64,000 nt of DNA from an uncultured Chloroflexia bacterium (GTDB taxonomy: Bacteria; Chloroflexota; Anaerolineae; CG2-30-64-16), in NCBI GenBank assembly GCA_963774265.1, contig CAVZDU010000001.1:128001-192000 (forward strand). Direction: 5' to 3'. Positions 61,426 to 64,000 of the stretch are shown here, in pieces. Both the position numbers and the translations under genes were made by a program. The number at the start of each line of letters is the position of its first letter. Positions within the stretch are counted from its first letter, which is position 1. The notes beneath the pieces are model-generated. The model was not told the DNA's origin and made no database searches. It saw nothing but the letters and a program-made list of their open reading frames with translations.

Positions 61426-61746
61426 TCACGCGTCGCTGTGACTCGCCTCCCGCACGACATCCCACACGGCATCTGGATGCTTGGCAGCAACCAGCAGCAG
61501 GACGCGCGCGGGCCCGACCGGCGCGCGCCGGCCTTGCTCCCAGTTACGTAGGGTCTTGACGCTGATGCCCAACAGTGCGGCAAACCGGGTCTGCGACAGC
61601 CTGTAGCCTTCCCGGATGCCCGTCACGTCCAGGGGCTCGCGCTCCACGGTGAAAGTCCGCACTGGCGCGGCTTCCCCGCGTACGATCCGCCCCGCCTCAT
61701 CGATGCTTGTCATGAGCTCCGCAAACAGCTTGTCATTCATTGCCAT
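61426..61746 (-). CDS. HigA2/NadS-like Xre antitoxin
   Basis: LF.EL..S..EA, IR....LSQ..FAALLGIS..TL.NWEQGRR.P.GPA. Confidence 0.88.
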   Translation of the reverse strand: MAMNDKLFAELMTSIDEAGRIVRGEAAPVRTFTVEREPLDVTGIREGYRLSQTRFAALLGISVKTLRNWEQGRRAPVGPARVLLLVAAKHPDAVWDVVREASHSDA

Positions 61747-61860
61747 ATCGCCTCCACTGCCTTCTTCAACAGGCGCAACTGCTCAGGAGACAGATCGTCC
61801 TGCTCGTTCTTGCCGTAAATCAGCAGCATATAGAACTGATCGCGGCTGAGGAGGTTGTGC
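61737..61860 (-). pseudogene. 3' remnant of a RelE/HigB2 toxin
   Basis: QFYMLLIYGKNEQDDLSPEQLRLLKK overlapping the antitoxin start; N-terminal part not recognisable. Confidence 0.7.
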
Positions 61861-62082
61861 TTTCTGACACCCAAATCTACCACAATCGGGATATCACAGG
61901 AAACCGACCAGCGCGGGATGAGACTCAAGATAGTCGTGTGTTTCGACGGCTCGGTGTCAATCACCCTGCCCACGGTCTTGAAATTGCAACAGCAATGCAA
62001 CCAACATACAAATATAGAACAAGCGATACACTTGGTGTAGACCGACTGCATAGTGAGGCCGTTACGCCGCGGAGAAGCACCG

Positions 62083-63130
62083 ATGGTTGCAGAAAAGAAG
62101 TTGCCTTCTGTCCAGCCTTTCAGGCCAAGCAAGATCCATAACTTCTATCGCTGGGTCGACAGGTTACCGGGGCCATCCTGGTTCTATTACGCCGGCATAG
62201 TCGTCGTCGCAGGCCTGCTCAACAATGCTGTCGCCTGGCGGGAGCAGGTGCTCGCCCCAGGCGAGATCAACATGTATTACGGGCTTACGGCTTTCTTTAT
62301 TGGGTACTACCTGTTTGCTAATGACATCCTGCTGCGGGTCGCCCGGGAATCGCTGATCGAGTTCCAGCCGCTGCTCGGTATTCCGGGAGCGAGCGCGATC
62401 GGATTGTGTTCGAGTTTACCCACATTCCTGAGAAGGGCTCGACGGCGGCCTTTGTGGTCGGGGCCGGAATCGGTTTTGTCCTGGCCCTGATGCAGGTGCA
62501 GACCGCGGTTGAGATGAACAATGCCTTTCCAGAATTCGAGGTGACCATTTTCTCCTTGACCTTCGGGATGATTTTCTTCTCGGTCTACCACGTGACCCGA
62601 GCATTCACCCTGATCAAGAGGGTGTTCGATAACCTGAAGACAGTCGACATCTACGACCAAAACTCCATCTATGCCTTGTCCAGGTATTCCGGGTTAGTGG
62701 TCGTGCTAACCGCAGTGGCGATATACCTGACATTTGTCCTTGCCCCCTCCCTGACCGAGCTGGCGAGCTACTACTGGGTGGCCTTCAACGCTGGTGTAGG
62801 AGTCCTTGCCTTGGCGATATTCTGGCTGCCGTTGCGAGCCGTGAACCGCAAATTGGTGTCGGAGAAGCGCAGGCTTCTGAAGAACGTATCTCTCCGCATC
62901 AAGGATACTGTTTGAGCTCATTCACAGCAGGATGGATCAGCACGAGTTGAAAGATATCACGGAACTACGAGAGGCGCTGGATGCGCTGAGGGCGGAGAAG
63001 GAGTACTATTGAGTCCATTCGCACTTGGCCATGGCGGCCGACTACATTGACCGGCGTGCTAACTGCGATTGTCTTGCCTCTTCTCATAGGCTTGCTGCTG
63101 AAGATCGTGACGCGACTGCTCAACTTCTGA
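62083..63130 (+). CDS. Hypothetical multi-pass membrane protein (frameshifted)
   Basis: Consecutive hydrophobic ORF fragments 62083-62490 and 62406-62915 plus a TWPW-containing tail ending TGA at 63130. Confidence 0.6.
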
Positions 63131-63232
63131 TTTGATACTCTGACGGCCTATCGTTCCGCACCCTTGATCCAGGAACGAGTCAGCTGGGAAGCAGTTGTTG
63201 GAGGAAATCGGCCGGGGAGAAGATCGGAAAAC

Positions 63233-63271
63233 CTATCCCTCTGAATTGGTGTCCAACAGGACGCGGGTCAC
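63233..63271 (-). pseudogene. 5' stub of a PIN/VapC toxin
   Basis: GTG ACC CGC GTC CTG TTG GAC ACC AAT = MTRVLLDTN overlapping the upstream stop, then an early TAG. Confidence 0.6.
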
Positions 63272-63507
63272 AAATACTTCTCCACCAGATGCTGCGTGTA
63301 CGCGTCTGCCAGGTCATTATCGCTCGGCGCGGGGCCTCCCCCCTTGAGCGCGCCTCGTAGTTGTCCGAAGGGTATGATGCGCCTCCGTTTATGATGAGCA
63401 GGCGGGGGCGCGGACTGGCGCATGCCGCGCAACAGTTCTTCGACCAGGCGAAGCTGCTCGCTCAATGGCAGGCGTTTCGCTTCGGACACAATCTCACGAT
63501 AACCCAT
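63268..63507 (-). CDS. Small putative antitoxin
   Basis: 79 aa, L..SEQL.L.E.L...QLRG.LK...EKY; translationally coupled to the PIN stub. Confidence 0.65.
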   Translation of the reverse strand: MGYREIVSEAKRLPLSEQLRLVEELLRGMRQSAPPPAHHKRRRIIPFGQLRGALKGGGPAPSDNDLADAYTQHLVEKYL

Positions 63508-63587
63508 ACAAGCCTCCTGTACGCCATTCTACACCAGGAGCCCTGGCCCATCAACCTCAGAAAGTGTGAGGAGAATGGAGAACGCCA

Positions 63588-63612
63588 GCGGCGCCCCATC
63601 AAGGGGCGCCGC
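63588..63612. terminator. Stem-loop after the GH3 gene
   Basis: cggcgcccc-atcaa-ggggcgccg. Confidence 0.5.
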
Positions 63613-63659
63613 CGGGGGTCGGGTCATTATGGCGTTCGACTCATCAGGCGAGACGCCGC

Positions 63660-64000
63660 CTATCGCTTAGCCTCCCACTTCTCGCACCAGACGAGCTCGT
63701 TGAAGTGTTGGCCCTTGAATTCCGACTCGCCCATGATCTTCCGGATCACCGCACGGATCACGGTCTGGGTGTTCTTGTAAGCATTAATGTACGTCTTGAC
63801 CATCGGCACATCGGTCAGGTGAGTCGTGAAGTTGAGCGATACAAACACCGTCGGCTTCTCCCAGACGAACCAGGGGATGTCGGCGCCCATCGGTGCAAGC
63901 CACTTGATCCGGTAATTGTTCTCCGCAGCGTAGCCCCGGATGTCGGAGAACTCCAGGACGGCATCGAACCTGGCGTTGAAATCCGCGACCTTGCCGCCGA
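63660..64000 (-). CDS. C-terminus of a glycoside hydrolase family 3 (beta-N-acetylhexosaminidase-like), partial
   Basis: PWFV.E.PTVFVSL..T.HL.DVPMVKTYINAY...KIMG.S.FKG. Confidence 0.75.
   Translation of the reverse strand, partial: GGKVADFNARFDAVLEFSDIRGYAAENNYRIKWLAPMGADIPWFVWEKPTVFVSLNFTTHLTDVPMVKTYINAYKNTQTVIRAVIRKIMGESEFKGQHFNELVWCEKWEAKR

Overview
High-GC bacterial chromosomal segment. The gene repertoire and style (P/T/A-rich linkers, '(V)YLP(L/F)V' motifs, BNR and PQQ-sugar-dehydrogenase secreted proteins) suggest Chloroflexota/Anaerolineae; this is an inference. Many conserved genes are split by single-base frameshifts (hutU, glnA, leuS, aor, GT4s, BMP lipoprotein), most likely long-read indel errors. 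Core content: hutU-glnA, hutH-Nudix-ferredoxin-CRP, two tandem RpiR regulators, a surface-glycan cluster, SPFH/comEA, amidase, rodZ-rimO, a two-component system, an XPB-associated protein, a radical SAM enzyme, leuS, ThiS/MoaD, a 1793-aa duplicated BNR protein, aldehyde:ferredoxin oxidoreductase, an intact 1.6-kb IS with TIRs and a 9-bp TSD, LCP, a Fur-FeoA fusion, XDH plus a nucleoside ABC transporter, and a decayed accessory region at ~60.4-63.5 kb. The most unusual part is a lower-GC island at ~3.5-8.7 kb between glnA and hutH. It encodes an Mrr-N winged-helix / ATPase-dead RuvB-fragment / HNH fusion, a PD-(D/E)xK-EVE nuclease, a NYN RNase in a degenerate integron-type cassette, duplicated promoter modules and a phage-type HNH pseudogene, and is a candidate novel defence locus. 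All calls come from reading the sequence; no database searches were run.
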